A stretch of DNA of 64,000 nt from Spongospora subterranea f. sp. subterranea (GCA_049724395.1 JAUGWO010000130.1:1-64000), one strand, 5' to 3'. Positions 1 to 12,522 are shown, counted from the first letter of the stretch. Numbers and translations: made by a program. The notes: a model not told the origin generated them from the sequence alone.

Positions 1-219
1 CTATTGCCAGGACTGCATAACTTATCCATATGCTACTCTGGCCATTGCCAGGACTGCATAACTTATCCATATGCTACTCTGGCCATTGCCAGGACTGCAT
101 AACTTATCCATATGCTACTCTGGCCATTGCCAGGACTGCATAACTTATCCATATGCTACTCTGGCCATTGCCAGGACTGCATAACTTATCCATATGCTAC
201 TCTGTCCATTGCCAGGACT
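1..219. repeat. 41-bp tandem repeat (minisatellite), about 5.3 copies, probably continuing past the window start
   Basis: Unit ATTGCCAGGACTGCATAACTTATCCATATGCTACTCTGGCC recurs at 3, 44, 85, 126 and 167, with no unique spacers. Confidence 0.95.
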
Positions 220-946
220 TGCGTCGTACAGTTCTTGCTGCGGCGATAGAGGAAACACTCCAAAATCGGCAATCTCTCAAGCTAATCGGAAATTTATCGG
301 TATCTCGCAAAACTATTGGGAATCCGGAAAAGAGTCAAAGGATTCGACCTAAGGAGAACTTGTTTTGTGAAATGGTCGATGATAAATTGTGTGGGTTCCT
401 CTTCGCGTTGCTCTCAATTTGAGGATCGAGATACGGCAAGGAATGCGGCGAACAGTATGGACATTGGTCGTGGAACGGACTGTCCTAAGCCCCGTTGATG
501 AACTCGGGAACAATGATATTGTATGTCGCTGAAGAACGTCTCCATCATCGTTTGCCCAATCAAACTCGGTGGCGATCGGCTATCTGAAACATTTTCTAAC
601 CAGGGTAAGTCCAAACACGGTGTGTTTTTATTATCACTCTTCCACAAGCTCATTCTCCTCATGAAGCCGAACGAGCGATCGGTGTCGGGGTGCGCCACCG
701 TCTTGAAGGTAAGGCAGTTGTGGAACCCGATAATGATAGCGACCGCCTCCATGAGTGATCATCGGAATATGAAGCTGATGAGCAAGGTAAAGTCATGATG
801 ATCTTAGTCTGATCAAACATCTCGTCGGTGATCACCAATGGCGGAAGTGCAGCAATACGATCAACAGTTGATGGTGATCTGTTATTGATCATCGTTCCAA
901 TAATGTAATATCAGAATGACTCGTATTTCATATTCATGGATCTGGG

Positions 947-1062
947 CCAATCGTGTATCTGGTTGGACAAGCTAAAGTCGGCCGTTATCAACCAATCGTG
1001 TATCTGGTTGGACAAGCTGGAGTCGACCGTTATCATCTGTTGAACACCAATCGTGTATCTGG
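947..1062. repeat. Short imperfect tandem repeat, about 46-bp unit, 2-3 copies
   Basis: CCAATCGTGTATCTGG occurs three times, two of them followed by TTGGACAAGCT..AGTCG.CCGTTATCA. Confidence 0.8.
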
Positions 1063-2269
1063 CGACAACGAAAACTGAACAGGATCATCATTATCAAATA
1101 AAAACCCAAGAAAGCGTGACACTCTATTTACTATGTTGCCCCCAGATGAGATGCTGTCTTGAAATGATATGTTCTGCTCGGAGTTCCTAAGAACCTTTAT
1201 CGTGAGGGCTAAGGGCGGGAGGCTTTCGACTGTTTTACGGTACCATCTCATACACAATTCAGCGCTTCATCGCCACAGCTGGACGGTAAAGCCAATGACC
1301 AACGCACCAATGGGGTCGTTCGATCACGATGGCGCAACCGCTGGATCAACGGGGTATGAGTTTGCAATCCAGCCACTGCCCCATGCTCTTACATGTTTGC
1401 CCATAAGTTTCCTCGCCCGATACGGAGGACCAACTGCACAGCGGTAAGCAATCACCACTGCTTGTTCTCTCATTCAATCGTCCGAAACGTGGAGGACCCA
1501 CTTGGTGGCGCTTCACCTAACTGTGAGTCAGAAGCCGAAGATGGGTGCTGTTGTTTGCTCCCATAAACTGTAGGTTTTCGTAAAACGTTCGTGAGTATTG
1601 AAATTGAATGTAAGCGACAGAAAAAGTGCAGTTTCAGAACATTCGATTCCCGATTTGTGTAGAACAGAGGAAAAATACGCAATTCGCGCATCTGCACCGA
1701 AGATTGTCTGCGAGCAATCTTTTGTCATATCATATATCTGCCGAATCAGTACAAAGCCGCGTTCATAAGAGAATTCCTGCAAATCTTTGACAAAAGCGTG
1801 ACTCACAGTTTGGGGAAACGCCCCAATGAGGTTTAATTTTCAATGCTTACCGCTGCTGTCGGTCATCCGATCGGGAGGAGAAAAGTTTGGGCAAACTGGG
1901 AAGTGCCAACACATTGATGTTAAACGAGTACTGATTCGGCAGACATATGCAACGCCAAAAGATCGCTTGCTAGCAATCTTCGGTAGAGACCCGCGAACTG
2001 TTTACAGGCTATTTCCATTGTTCTCCGTACAAATTAGGAAAAGAAGGGTGACCTGCATGAATCATGATCGACCCTCGGTGAGCGCCAGGGCAACAAAAGT
2101 TGAAAATCACTGTAAATCTGTAATTCACAGTCACGGGGGCAGGAATAGGAGGCCGCCCAGCATGCAGCAAACTGAGCGATGTGTACATACGGCCAATACG
2201 GCACCATGATCCACTGCCGTTGTACAGTAACGGACATCACATGGATACGAACTGCATTGCTCATCGGAT

Positions 2270-2342
2270 GCCCGCGTAGCTCAATCGGTAGAGCGTGGGA
2301 CTCTTAATCCCAAGGCTGCGGGTTCGAGCCCCGCCGTAGGCT
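2270..2342 (+). tRNA. tRNA-Lys(CTT), possibly decayed
   Basis: Cloverleaf: D-arm GCTC..GAGC, anticodon stem TGGGA/TCCCA with loop CT-CTT-AA, T-arm GCGGG-TTCGAGC-CCCGC, followed by a T-run Pol III terminator. The acceptor stem GCCCGCG/CGTAGGC has a C:A mismatch and a G:U pair. Confidence 0.9.
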
Positions 2343-2541
2343 TATCTTTTTCAGTTCAACGAAACTGGTGAACCAAATGGAAGAATCTGTAAAATACTGT
2401 TTTTATGTACCGAAGGCGAATCCGTGATCTAATTGATGACGGGCCAATACTGTCCACAAAAACTCGGATTGATTCAATGTTTTGACAATACACATTACTT
2501 CTCTATAATCGCTTTAATACGCACTTCTTCCCTCTATACAC

Positions 2542-5117
2542 ATGACCGCATCACCCGCATCACAGGCCGCATCACCCGCATCACAAGCTGAGAAGGCTGC
2601 TGCGCAGCCTTCTCAGCTTGAACGGTCCGTACACGCATCACCAACGGAGAACGCTGCTGCGCAGCCTTCTCCGCCTGAACGCCCCGCCACTCGGTCCAGG
2701 GCCCGTCGTCAGACCAACATTTGCGCCATGGAGCGTACGATCGTGGGCGCCATTCGTCCCGACCGAACTGGCAAGAAGCGGTTCAAGCTCTCGCAAGCTC
2801 AGCTTGAGCTTGTACAAGCAGGAGTCGATGACGTCCTTGCGCGTATGAACTTGACTAGGCGGCAGAACGTTCTCCCTAGTCAGAGTTGGGTGGACGGACT
2901 TGCCGTCGAGGAGAGCACCAAGCGAGCGTACGATAAGCACCTCCGCGGCCTACTGTATTTCTTCGGACTGATTGGGGACTTCGAGTCGCTGATAATCCTG
3001 CAGCCGGATGCGCCGCACAACGTTCCCGCCATGAACGTTGACTCAATCCGTAAGGGAACCACGTTTGGCTTCTTCGTGCCGAACTGATTGCTCTTTCTCA
3101 GTACTTTATCTTGATTGGCGAACTCTTGAGGAAGGGACTCATCTGCAGAGGGCTGATGGGACAGCGGTACTGGATACGTTCGGTGCTCAAATCCTGTCGT
3201 CTGGATCTTGGTTAGATCCAGATAACGTCACGCAGATGGGCTCCGCTCTCAAGGCGATCCATCAAAAGTTCGACCATAGGGGCGCCTATCAGGGAGTATG
3301 CCCTGATTGTCAGTTGCAACGTGCGCTGACTCCTCCCAACCGACTCGGATGCGATAGGCATTCGCCAGCGCCATTAATCTGGCGAAAAGGAGTTCCGACC
3401 CAATCGACGGTTTTTGAAAACGCGTTCAAGCGCATCAAAAAGGATTTGAAGGATTACAGAGCGAATGGGGATACCCAACTGACTCCGACTGAGGTGCTTA
3501 TTCTTCGCGATTACTGCATGAAGGAGAACGACCCGTACTTTTTCATGGTCTACACGATATTCATCGTGTTTGTGAAGATGTTCATGCGCAACGACGATGC
3601 CAAAAACCTCGACTTTAACGATTTTGAAGAATCGTTCTTTGTTGTAAGTCCTTTGACTTTTGCATTTTTTTATCGATTTCATATGTTGCTCTGAAGTTCA
3701 TTCAAAATACCGAATAGCAGAATACTTTTTTTTTTGGTTACTTGTTGATAGTTTTTGTTGAATTTAGATTAACAACAATGTCGTGGAGAAGCTGGCCGTT
3801 TGGGTTGATGGCAAAACGGAGAAGCGCCACGACACGAAGTCGCTCCTTTTGCTTCATCGTGACCGCGATGTCCCCGAGTTTGATGCTATCTCGCATTTGC
3901 TGGCTCACGTTGGATCCCTTCAACTGACTAGTGGATGCTTGTTTCCCGGCAAGCGATGGTTCAGTTGTGGACGAAAGATTGAACATTTGCGGCCGATCAC
4001 ATACGACGAGTTCAACAAGGTTTTCCAGGAGCTTTGCCGACGTCTTCTTCGTCGTCGGGGTCCTTTCGGCGTCCATTGCGCGCGAAAAACCGCATATCTG
4101 TTTGCAGTGTGGTATGGCGCAAATCTCATTGAAGCAATGAAAGCAGCTCGCCATGCGGCCACAGTCAATGCAACCCGATACTACAAGGATGCGGGAGCCG
4201 TGATCAATCTGATCAAAGCCACAACGCCGTAAGCGATTAACAGGGTTATTTGCAGAAAATGAATGCGTTTGTCCAGTGACGACATCGTGAGCCGAGTACA
4301 GCCAAAATGGCAACCGGTCTTCGTTGAAAGCGGGCATGTTGTCAGGGAAAACTTGACCATGCACTCACGACGTCCGGGGAACGAGCTACGCAGCTTGGTT
4401 GTTTTGGCTTCTGAGTATATCCAACGTCTACAATCGCGGCACTTCCTCGGATTTGATGATCATGGGCATGGTATTAGCTGCCAACTTTTAAGTCAGGCAA
4501 TTCTTCAACGAGAGGAAGTCGTCGACGACCCATTCCAGAGATACGCCAGTGCTCTACAGAGAGCAAGGGCGAGTATGCCTGAATTGATGGTCGAAATCGA
4601 CCGCGCTGTACAGGACATGTTAGAACATGTTCGCCAATCTGCAACAGTTACTGCTGCTGCCGTAGCCAATGTAGAATCGGTAACTTGTTCTGATCTCAAT
4701 TACTCCATTATAAGTCATTCGTGTATTATGGTCTAGATCGAGCGAGCTGGTGACTCCCTCCTCAGCAATGAGCCGTTGGTTGCATCACAGGCGGTAGAGA
4801 AGCGTCGGCAGCAAATGTTCGGCGACTTCGACATCGATCGTTCGCAACTGGGCAAGCTTAAAACCAGCCAAAAATTACAATTTTTGGTGGAGATATGGCA
4901 GCAATGCCATGCTGTTGATAGCGCCCGATTCTCAAACCCGTTCCGGTTGTTTTTTTCGCAATCGTTACGACCGTTGATGGAGTGCCTGACGGGCCATTTC
5001 CAGGGAGATCAAGCCGCTTTTACAGAGGCTTGGTCCACCCAGAAATGTAGGCACCGATTATTCGGCCGAGATTTGTGCAATGGCAAGGAGCGTTGCACTT
5101 TGACACGAACTCTGTAA
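2542..5117 (+). CDS. Crypton-like tyrosine recombinase, 5 exons, 764 aa: join(2542..3049,3102..3643,3768..4228,4277..4679,4737..5117)
   Basis: Four GT-AG introns join the ORF pieces in frame (2295 nt). Tyrosine recombinase motifs appear in order: KMFMR(R), DGKTEK(K), GVHCARK(HxxR), AARH(H), TRYYKD(Y). A CPDC..GCDRH putative Zn site lies upstream. Confidence 0.85.
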
Positions 5118-5139
5118 ATTATTCTTTATAAAACCCACT

Positions 5140-5450
5140 GTGGATAACCCGCCCGTTGGATCATTGTTGATTAACCCCATTGGGTCATTATAGAACCCCC
5201 ATTGGAGTCATTGTTGATAGAATTCCCGTCCGGTTGAGTCATTGTTGAATAGAACTTCTGTTGAATTCCGGTTTGCATCATCGATGATAAAACCCCCGGT
5301 TGAGTCATTGTTGAATAGAACTTCTGTTGAATTCCGGTTTGCATCATCGACGATAAAACCCCGGTTGAGTCATTGTTAATAGAATCTCTGTTTGTATTAA
5401 ATTCCCGTTTGCGTCATCATTTAATGATAAAATTCTTTGGGTTGAGTCAC
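5140..5450. repeat. Degenerate repeat array downstream of the recombinase (about 66-bp units; core GAGTCATTGTT)
   Basis: CGGTTGAGTCATTGTTGAATAGAACTTCTGTTGAATTCCGGTTTGCATCATCGA..ATAAAACCCC occurs about 3 times, plus shorter TCATTGTT cores. Confidence 0.8.
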
Positions 5451-5516
5451 GAAGTCGGAAAAAGTGCGCGGCAATTTATCTGCATCATCGTGCATCACAT
5501 CGATAAAAGTACAGTA

Positions 5517-5811
5517 TTGTAGATGACAATATTATCCATCTGACAAAATTGGCAAAACTCCGTGAAAATGACATAACAAAATTCAAAAATTTATCCATTT
5601 GGCGGCCTCACAGTGACGAAAAAGTCGAGCGGCGCAACCCTCTTTTTTGAAGTTCGGCAACAAAGTGCGTGAAAAAGTGCAGCAAAAAACGGAGATTTTT
5701 TAGGTGGCATGACAAAATTACTCAATTTTTCAGATTGTTTATGACAATTTTTTTTCCATTTTACCGCACGAAAAAACATAATGCCGTGACATGATTAGCT
5801 GTCATCTACGG
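5517..5811. mobile_element. 295-bp MITE, deletion derivative of the TA-flanked element at 44286-47333
   Basis: Flanked by TA on both sides; ends ..GTAGATGACA / TGTCATCTACGG. The left half matches 44286-44490 and the right half matches 47137-47298. Confidence 0.88.
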
Positions 5812-7028
5812 TAAGGGAGAATTTGCCGGGAATAATGCCTGTTGCTGTTTCGAATTGGCAATCCTCCATTTATAGTGGAGTTTGCTTGTCCACCTCTTTG
5901 ATTGCTGATGCGCTGATCTGCTGGCTCTTTTTCCACCTATAGTTTGGCCATTGTCGAACCGATTGACGGGCTTAATTAGGTCAATGGTGCCAGCGACACC
6001 GAATTTAGCAAATAGGCGCTGTAGAGATTAGGACGTACAATGATCGTTTGAAGTATGATATCGTGAACAAATCGTGCCTAAAAACAAATCGCCTCGATTA
6101 TGTGCTTTTGACAATACAGTAAGGCCACGGGGAGAAATTGCCACGAATGTGGTCTGGTCGAGACAATGACGCCAAAACCGAGACCGACTGTCTCATGACT
6201 ACCATCGTATCTCATGACGTGTTCATAGACTTGGTTTACAGCCAACCCAATTCCTACCGTTTAGCAGACCGGCAACGGCGTCGCTTGTAAATCGGCCGAT
6301 CGACCGACACTTGGTCAGTTGGCACAGAGATCGACCTCAGGACGAAATAACTCATCAAGTCCCCTGGAACCGGACATAGTCCCATTAGGGCGAGATGAGG
6401 TTCATAACCGCGATCTGGGGGTTGACTTTTTTAATGCTCTGGTACGTTTTTCGAGATGGCCGTTTAGCGGATTGGTGAACCGTGTCGATAGGCCATTCAC
6501 CGTTCTTGCGATAATACTGATCGTGGCCAGGTCGACCATCGCCTACACCATGAAGGTCCTTTCCTGGGTTCTGGAGCGGTCCATACGCGATGAACTCGAT
6601 CTATCGGAGGGTGTCCCCCTGTATATTCTCGTCATTCCCAGGGTCAAGATGGCGATTGTTGTAGACGGGCAACAGCAATTCCCATCGTTTGAATGGGATC
6701 CGTCGCCTATCCCCTTCAAAATAGTCAGCAATTGAACTCAATACAGTACATCGGTTTCAACGTCTCAATATTCACGTTCAACGCTGGCGAGTTGTTCGCA
6801 TAGTGCCAGTTTGAAAAATACGCCAACACTATGTACCGGTCTGGAAAGATTCATTATCGATCTTGGCGGTGGTATTGAACGTGAGACCATGATTGAGTGA
6901 CCGATGGGATTCGTCCATGAGCATACGCCCTTGACGGGCCAAACGGGGTAATCTGGTTCAAGATCCCGATTTTTATTATTATTATGGGCGCTTCTAACAG
7001 TAGCAATCCGATGCGAAGATAATTTCTT

Positions 7029-8809
7029 TTAGGCGGATTGCATCTCGACGTGGGCCGGCAAGCTAGTTCCACGCCGGTTCCAGGCCGATTCCAACGGGGC
7101 CAGCAGGCGCGCTGGCGACATCTTTCGTGACAGGCAACGCGCCATCCCCACCAACAGAACCGTCAACACCATTCCCATCAGAGCCCCCAAGATGAGTAAA
7201 GTGCCGGTCGATAACCTCTTCTTGTTGAAATCGTTGGTGGCCTCGCTCCCGTCGGTATTGGCGGTCTCCTGGCATGGTTGTGGTGGAGCAGGAGCGTTGC
7301 CGCCCTCAGAACACGGTGGTGTAATCGTGTTGTTGCACAGCTGGCACCAGTCCTGGGGCGTTTCCAGCGCGTTCGGTTGCACCGACGACAGGAATTGGTT
7401 GACGGGACAGAATACACGGTCCTGGCAATCGCTCTGGCGGATCTCGACCATATTGTGGCCACGATTGGGATCATGAACCAGCAGGCGGACCTCGAACGTC
7501 GACTCGGTTTGCTGGTGCAATTCCACGATGATCATAGCGCCAGGCGATGGAAGTTCACTTGGAATCCCTCCTCTATAAATCCAAATCCTCGTTCAGATTC
7601 ACGTCCCATTGGAAAGCAAAGCCAAAGACAGTATGGCACACGAAACGCAACCAGGGGAAATTCGAAAACCCAACAACAGAAAGCGACGAATCGCAACGAA
7701 CTCGATAGTTCAGATCAGCTGAAACCAATTGGAAGAAGGAATATAACGAAGACAATGAACAAAAACGGGGATTAAAACGGGGAGATCGTACTGATTGTAT
7801 ATCCCAAGGGTTTTGGCCGCCGCCATGTAGGTGGGATAATGGCCCGACAAAAACGCCAACGGGATCGTCATCTGATTCGTGTCAACGGCCCCCATGATCT
7901 GGTTGATGAAACTGGCCACGACTCGCCCGCCGATCATTTTCGCCTCGGTCGGCGACGTGAACGTCTTGGCGGCGATCTGATCCGCTATGCTCGAACACTC
8001 ATCCTGCCCTTCCAGTCAGCAAATTTTTTGCCCAATTCAACATCCTTATTCCACAAAGTTCCAACAAGTAGACACTGGCAGGTGTAAAAAGGAAAAGAAA
8101 CACTAAGTGGTGTTTTGCGTTCTTTGGATTGACCTACGTAAATTTCCGGGGCCAATCCGGTGCCATTTGTCGTGTTGATTCCAAAGGCGCGCTCAACGAC
8201 AGCGACCTCGAATATATCGAGGAAGTTGCCGGCCGTGACGTTCATCCCGACATGCTGCCCGAGCTGTTGACAAGCGGCTTGGTGTGATTGCATCATGGCA
8301 GACGTCTCCGCATTGCTGAGCACGTCGATCACTTCCTTGCCCAGGTTCGGGCACTTGTCGTACGCTCTGAGCGGAATGTCCAACGGGATCGGGACCGTGT
8401 GTAGACCGATGGGCGTGGCGCCATGCGGCAGGGCGTTGGCGCCGTCGAGTTCGTCAACGGGACCGGCGCCGTCCGGGAACAATCCGGTCATGAACCCCAC
8501 CGCCGACAGCATCGTGGTCAACGTATCCGTGCTCCGCGCCAGAACGCTCAACGGTAAGGTCGTCACGTTCCAATCGGATTCGACGAAATCGGGGGTCGAC
8601 GAGTTCGTGTAGCGATTGCGAAGCAGTTCACCGAGTTGCGACATCTTTCGGAGGCCATGACCGCTTAAGGCGCCACCATCGTCCCAGGGTTGCAGCTCGT
8701 TCGGGGCGAACTCGCTCCGTAGCCCATGTCTCGCCAGGATCTGGACCTGAATCACTTTGGCGTTCGCCACCGATATGATAACGATCAACGATAGAAGTGT
8801 CGACCACAT
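7029..8809 (-). CDS. Histidine acid phosphatase (branch 2, lysosomal-type), multi-exon, with signal peptide and C-terminal TM helix
   Basis: N-terminal MWSTLLSLIVIISVANA; RHGLR motif; G..L...G..LRNRY; ARST..T..SA..F..GLFP; SGHYPT at the HD position; IVELH; TM segment LLILGALMGMVLTVLLVGM. Confidence 0.85.
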
Positions 8810-10052
8810 CGCTATGATCAATGAAGTTTCGTGATTCGATCGAGCTCGTTGATCCTTGGATTTAAGGATGATCGTGGCCATGCATCGATTGCCGGCATGG
8901 CGACACAAGTGCCCAATCCGCTCGTCAGACGGTTTTCGTTACCCCATGGCGTCAGATGGTCAAAGACTGTGGATAAACCACTACAGACAATAAAGGGCGT
9001 CGGAAAATTATCATCACAAACGCCACGTCGATTTTGAGTCGAGAAGGAAAATCAGTTTGATCAGGTTTGATGAATGAACAGAAACAATGCTGAAAGCGAT
9101 TTGCGGTGACAACCGGCTTGGTGCGTTGAAGCTTTCAGGACGAACAAGGGTTTCCATCAGTTCCAAAAAATCACAGCAGTTTCATATCATTGTGTGTTTT
9201 ATGGACATGAGAGGGGGTTGTGTGAACGTTGACGTTGAATATATTTTGTGGCATCTTGACCAGTTAGATCGAACGAAAACAAACTGGCATGAGAAGGGTG
9301 AGGAGCGCACGAGGGATGATAGGTCGTGCAGTTCGGGGCTGGTGACCCAGGATATAGCAACTCTGTAGGGAGTGATTCAGAAACAAATTACAAATGAATT
9401 CAGGACAAGTAGCGTATTGGGATTGACGCCACAATCTTGCAGCTTCTAGTGGCTCCAAATTCTGAACGACTTGATTATGGTGTGTCTAGGGGAGCCGAAA
9501 CCAGCTACTGTCCAGACCCGGTTCTTCATTCGATATTGTGTGCCCAGGGCCAATTTATCGCGAAGGTGGCAAGCAAATTGCTTTGATATCGTCATATGCG
9601 CTGCCGAGAACGGCAGATATGATGGGCAAATCCGGTTCCACTCGTGCCGTGTAGCAAACAAATACTGACCAACATTGATCACCCGATGAGGTTATAATGC
9701 CCCGACTTCTGGTTTCTTCATGTTGTATCTGGTTCCGAAAGCAAATTACGTCCGGTCCTTACCAACAACAATAAGAGAACTAAAACACTGAATAAATGAA
9801 CCTGGGTGCGGTTTCAACATGGTTTGTCAAAACTTTCCAAGATTCGTCAATATTTGGGTGAAGATTCTCGTGTGAGATCGGTAAAAAACCATGACAGGCC
9901 CATGGTCATACTCTGCTTGCTAGAACTCGTTTACAGGTGAAGAAAAGTTGAACAGTTTCGGATAGTTGAAATACTGGATATACTAAGTTTGTTGTTTTGT
10001 GTGTGTGTCAAGAGAGGCTTTGGCTTTGTTGAGGACCCACATCATATAATTT

Positions 10053-10500
10053 TCGTCGTTGAGCTTGACTCTGTACGATTTTATAATAGGATTGTTCACT
10101 TGGTTGGCCGCCGGTACTGTAGGTCCTGGGCCCATAACCTGTAGAGATTCGGGATCGTGAACATCAGGTCTAATTGTAGCGTCGCCCCAGGTTGAATTGT
10201 GCTGAATTCGTTTGTCTAGTTGATGCAGGCATACTGGAGTGAGTAATCCATATAAAACGGAACAGACCCTCGTTGCACTTGCGATGATGATTTAGGAATT
10301 AGTTTATTAGTATCAAACGTGTGCAGTTATCAAATCCACGAATGAGGTATTAGTTGTATTGAGTGATTGGTGGATTTGATAACAGATGTTCACGACCGCG
10401 AATCTCTACAGGTTATGGGCCCAGGACCTACGGTACCGGCGGCAAACCAAGTAAACAATTCTATTATAAAATCATACAGAGGAGTCAAGCTCAACCACGA
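10053..10500. mobile_element. Copia 5' remnant (LTR end plus PBS) present as an inverted duplication
   Basis: CA followed by GGTTATGGGCCCAG (half-tRNAiMet PBS of copia-type elements) at 10411-10424, with an inverted copy at 10126-10139. Arms are 10053-10165 and 10385-10500. Confidence 0.7.
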
Positions 10501-11295
10501 ACAGTATATGATATGGGCGTTCCAGATAAGATGAGGGGAAACCTGAAATCCACATCCGGCTGTGGCACATCGTAGAATTGAGCCCATCACGCAACGAGCA
10601 CGAAAACGACGCTTGCGTCGCCGAAATTATTACCAACATCGAAGCAAATCAAGTGATGACTGTAATTGAATGCAGGACTCCAGCCATTTGGACTTGGTCT
10701 GTTCCCAAATCCGAATTCCTTAACGGACCCGATGCCCACAGAGCAATGCGCCCAACACAACCATCTTCCCACCCCTCGCTACCAGCAACATTGGGTGACG
10801 ATTTCGTGGCCTCGAGAATTATTCAACTTGGGTCAACCGGATCGTAAACCGCCTTCGGCAATACTCTCTTGACCATCACGTATTGGGCGAGATTTGTTGT
10901 CCGGCGATGCACCAGAACGGCAAATGTCTTTGTCGCGGTATCTCCGCCCATCGATTTCATGCTATCGATCGATCAGTCCTAGGATACGTGTCAAATCAGC
11001 TGACTGATGGCGTCTTAGCCATCTCAGCACACTGCGACCCAACTGTGGCAGTTCCTTCAATCCGAATATGGCTCTGGAAAGGCCGATCAGAAAACCGCTC
11101 TGATCCTGCAGTTGCACACACAGCTCGTTGCACTACCGTTGCCGACTGAACCAGAGAAAATGGAAGATTTCCTGGGAAACCTTGACGCCATCTTGACGCC
11201 ATCCGGTACCGGTGCATTATCCGCCTCGGCGATAAAACCTTGGATGAAGCATCATTAGGCGAGTCAATCGAAAGTATCGGGATGCCGGGACGAAC

Positions 11296-11934
11296 CAGGA
11301 TTCCATTTCGCAAAAGCTCACGTGGTCGACGCTTAAACACAAACTGCGAATGATCCCATCATTGGAGAATCCAAGCCAGCGTCAAACACGAGAGCCCTTG
11401 CCACCTCAGAAACCCGCCAGAAATTTCACTTATTGTGGCCGAAGTGGACACACAGATGCCGCAAACGCAAGCGAGAAATCTTCCAAACCCCGACGACCTT
11501 CGGGGAAGAACCCCCAGAATCAACTCAATATTGAAATCCGCAATGAATACATCGAAGGAGTGCGAACTAGATCCACAGTCGATCATCGTACTAATGGTTT
11601 GTATGGAATCAGTGGGATACACATCAAAAGATGATTTATTCGATGTATTCGTTGCGGATTTCAATATTGAGTTGATTTCGGGATTCTTCCCCGAAGGTCG
11701 TCGGGGTTTGGAAGATCTATCTGGCTTTCCAGGCCGTAAGGTGTTGTCTCGCTTGCGTTTGCGACAAACGGCGTCTGTGTGCCCACTTCGGCCGCAATAA
11801 GTGCAATTACTGGCAGGTTTCTGAGGTAACATGGGCTCTCTTGTTTGACGCTGGCTTGGATTCTCCAATAACGGGATCATTCGCAGTTTGTGTTTAAGCG
11901 TCGACCACATGAGCTGTTGCGAAATGGAATCCTG
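11296..11934. mobile_element. Copia-type gag/protease fragment as an inverted duplication
   Basis: Minus strand encodes a CTYCGRSGHTDAVC zinc knuckle and the IDCGSSSH aspartic protease motif. Arms are about 11296-11555 and 11639-11934. Confidence 0.75.
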
Positions 11935-12520
11935 TTTCGCCCGACACTTGGAATGCTATAGAGCATTCCGATAGAGCCAGGACATTCTCACATGTGCAGT
12001 ACATGAAGCAGGACTCCACCAACAAAATGTTTAACACGAAGGACGGCATGAAGAAGCACCTAACAGATATGAAATAGCTGGCCTTACGACAGGGCCTTCG
12101 ATTGGTCGCCATCTCGTCCACGATCAAGTCGTAGTCAGTGATGGCGATGCCACCCAGGCGAACGGGAGGGAGATGAGGTTCAGGTCGGGGACGGCACAAA
12201 TAGCACGGAGGCCTTCGAGTAAACCATCGGTAGCGCGGCGCCACTCAGCAAAAAGACCATCGACATCGAGGGAGCGAGTGAGATGGGTCAGAATAGTCTC
12301 GCTGTGAAATGCGACGCAACCAACCAGCCAAGACAAGGCATGATAAGATCTGCGTTATTCCTCAACCACGACGTGCCGTGCCAAGGGCCTTTACTGTCAC
12401 AGCCGAAGCTCTTGCCGACCGCGACCAAGCGAACCCAGGATTTCGGGCCGATCTCCGTGTTCTTGGACCAGCTGCCCCGAACGGTGTCAGTGGGAACGTC
12501 GACCTGACGTTTCATCGCGA
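11935..12520 (-). mobile_element. Possible degraded non-LTR retrotransposon fragment
   Basis: Frameshifted HLTRSL...LPPVRLGGIAI, similar to the LP.R.GGLG motif downstream of non-LTR RT domains; no RT core seen. Confidence 0.35.
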
Positions 12521-12522
12521 CT

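Noticed and set aside
1..219. 41-bp array as a CRISPR array or DnaA-box origin (TTATCCATA)
   Set aside because: There are no unique spacers or cas genes, and the context is eukaryotic.
230..2260. Fragmentary minus-strand ORFs upstream of the tRNA
   Set aside because: No recognisable motif and no consistent splice model.
9680..9850. Possible mariner C-terminal remnant (YVRSLPTTIRELKH)
   Set aside because: Too short and degenerate, with no TIR or catalytic motif.
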